DNA of 63,973 nucleotides, counting the filler, from Octopus bimaculoides (lineage: Eukaryota), in the NCBI RefSeq assembly GCF_001194135.2. It is 5 parts of 5 records of this genome, joined end to end, with 100 filler letters (N's around TTAATTAATTAA, not from the genome) between each part and the next. Parts side by side here need not be neighbours in the genome. Positions count along the whole stretch, not along the records: positions 62,637 to 63,973 come from NW_026343226.1; 4 more parts are not named here. One strand, written 5' to 3'. Shown here piece by piece: positions 63,871 through 63,973 of the stretch. Position 1 is the first letter of the stretch. Every line of letters starts with the position of its first letter. The notes under the pieces were generated by a model. That model was given only the letters and a program-made list of their open reading frames with translations, searched no databases and was not told the DNA's origin. The position numbers and the translations under genes were made by a program.

Positions 63871-63973
63871 TGTAATCTATCTTCTATACATATTGTATAG
63901 CTGAGTTTGTCCCCTCTATGTTTAGCCCCCTGTGGGCAATAAAGAACCAGAACAATGTCATTACTATGGTTAT

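Noticed and set aside
1-63973. A novel multi-gene biological system
   Set aside because: Only one host gene (partial HYOU1) is supportable; the rest is transposon debris and simple repeats on pieces whose adjacency is artificial.

Overview
This is repeat-rich animal genomic DNA, most likely octopus or another coleoid cephalopod. That assignment is inferred from the SINE/LINE repertoire and the dense microsatellites, not from a database. The window is not one continuous locus: four identical 100-bp artificial spacers (44 N + TTAATTAATTAA + 44 N) split it into five pieces (1-23938, 24039-52257, 52358-59386, 59487-62536, 62637-63973). Piece 1 is gap-free and visibly CpG-poor. It carries 12 coding exons of a minus-strand HYOU1/Grp170 (ORP150) ER Hsp70-family gene, giving a phase-consistent 1320-nt CDS (440 aa) from the start codon through the nucleotide-binding domain. 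The 3' exons run off the left edge and the 5'-UTR exon/promoter was not found before the first spacer. Its introns hold a fossil piggyBac, several RTE LINE fragments and SINEs. In pieces 2-5 I can support no host gene: they contain microsatellites, gaps, tRNA-type SINEs and decayed CR1-like, R4/Dong-like, RTE and Penelope-like retroelements. Almost all ORFs in the supplied track are microsatellite or N-run artefacts. I found no convincing novel multi-gene system. The best leads are a twin-priming-type inverted RTE insertion, a piggyBac with a splice acceptor ahead of its transposase, inverted repeats within the HYOU1 pre-mRNA, and a methylation footprint across the gene body.
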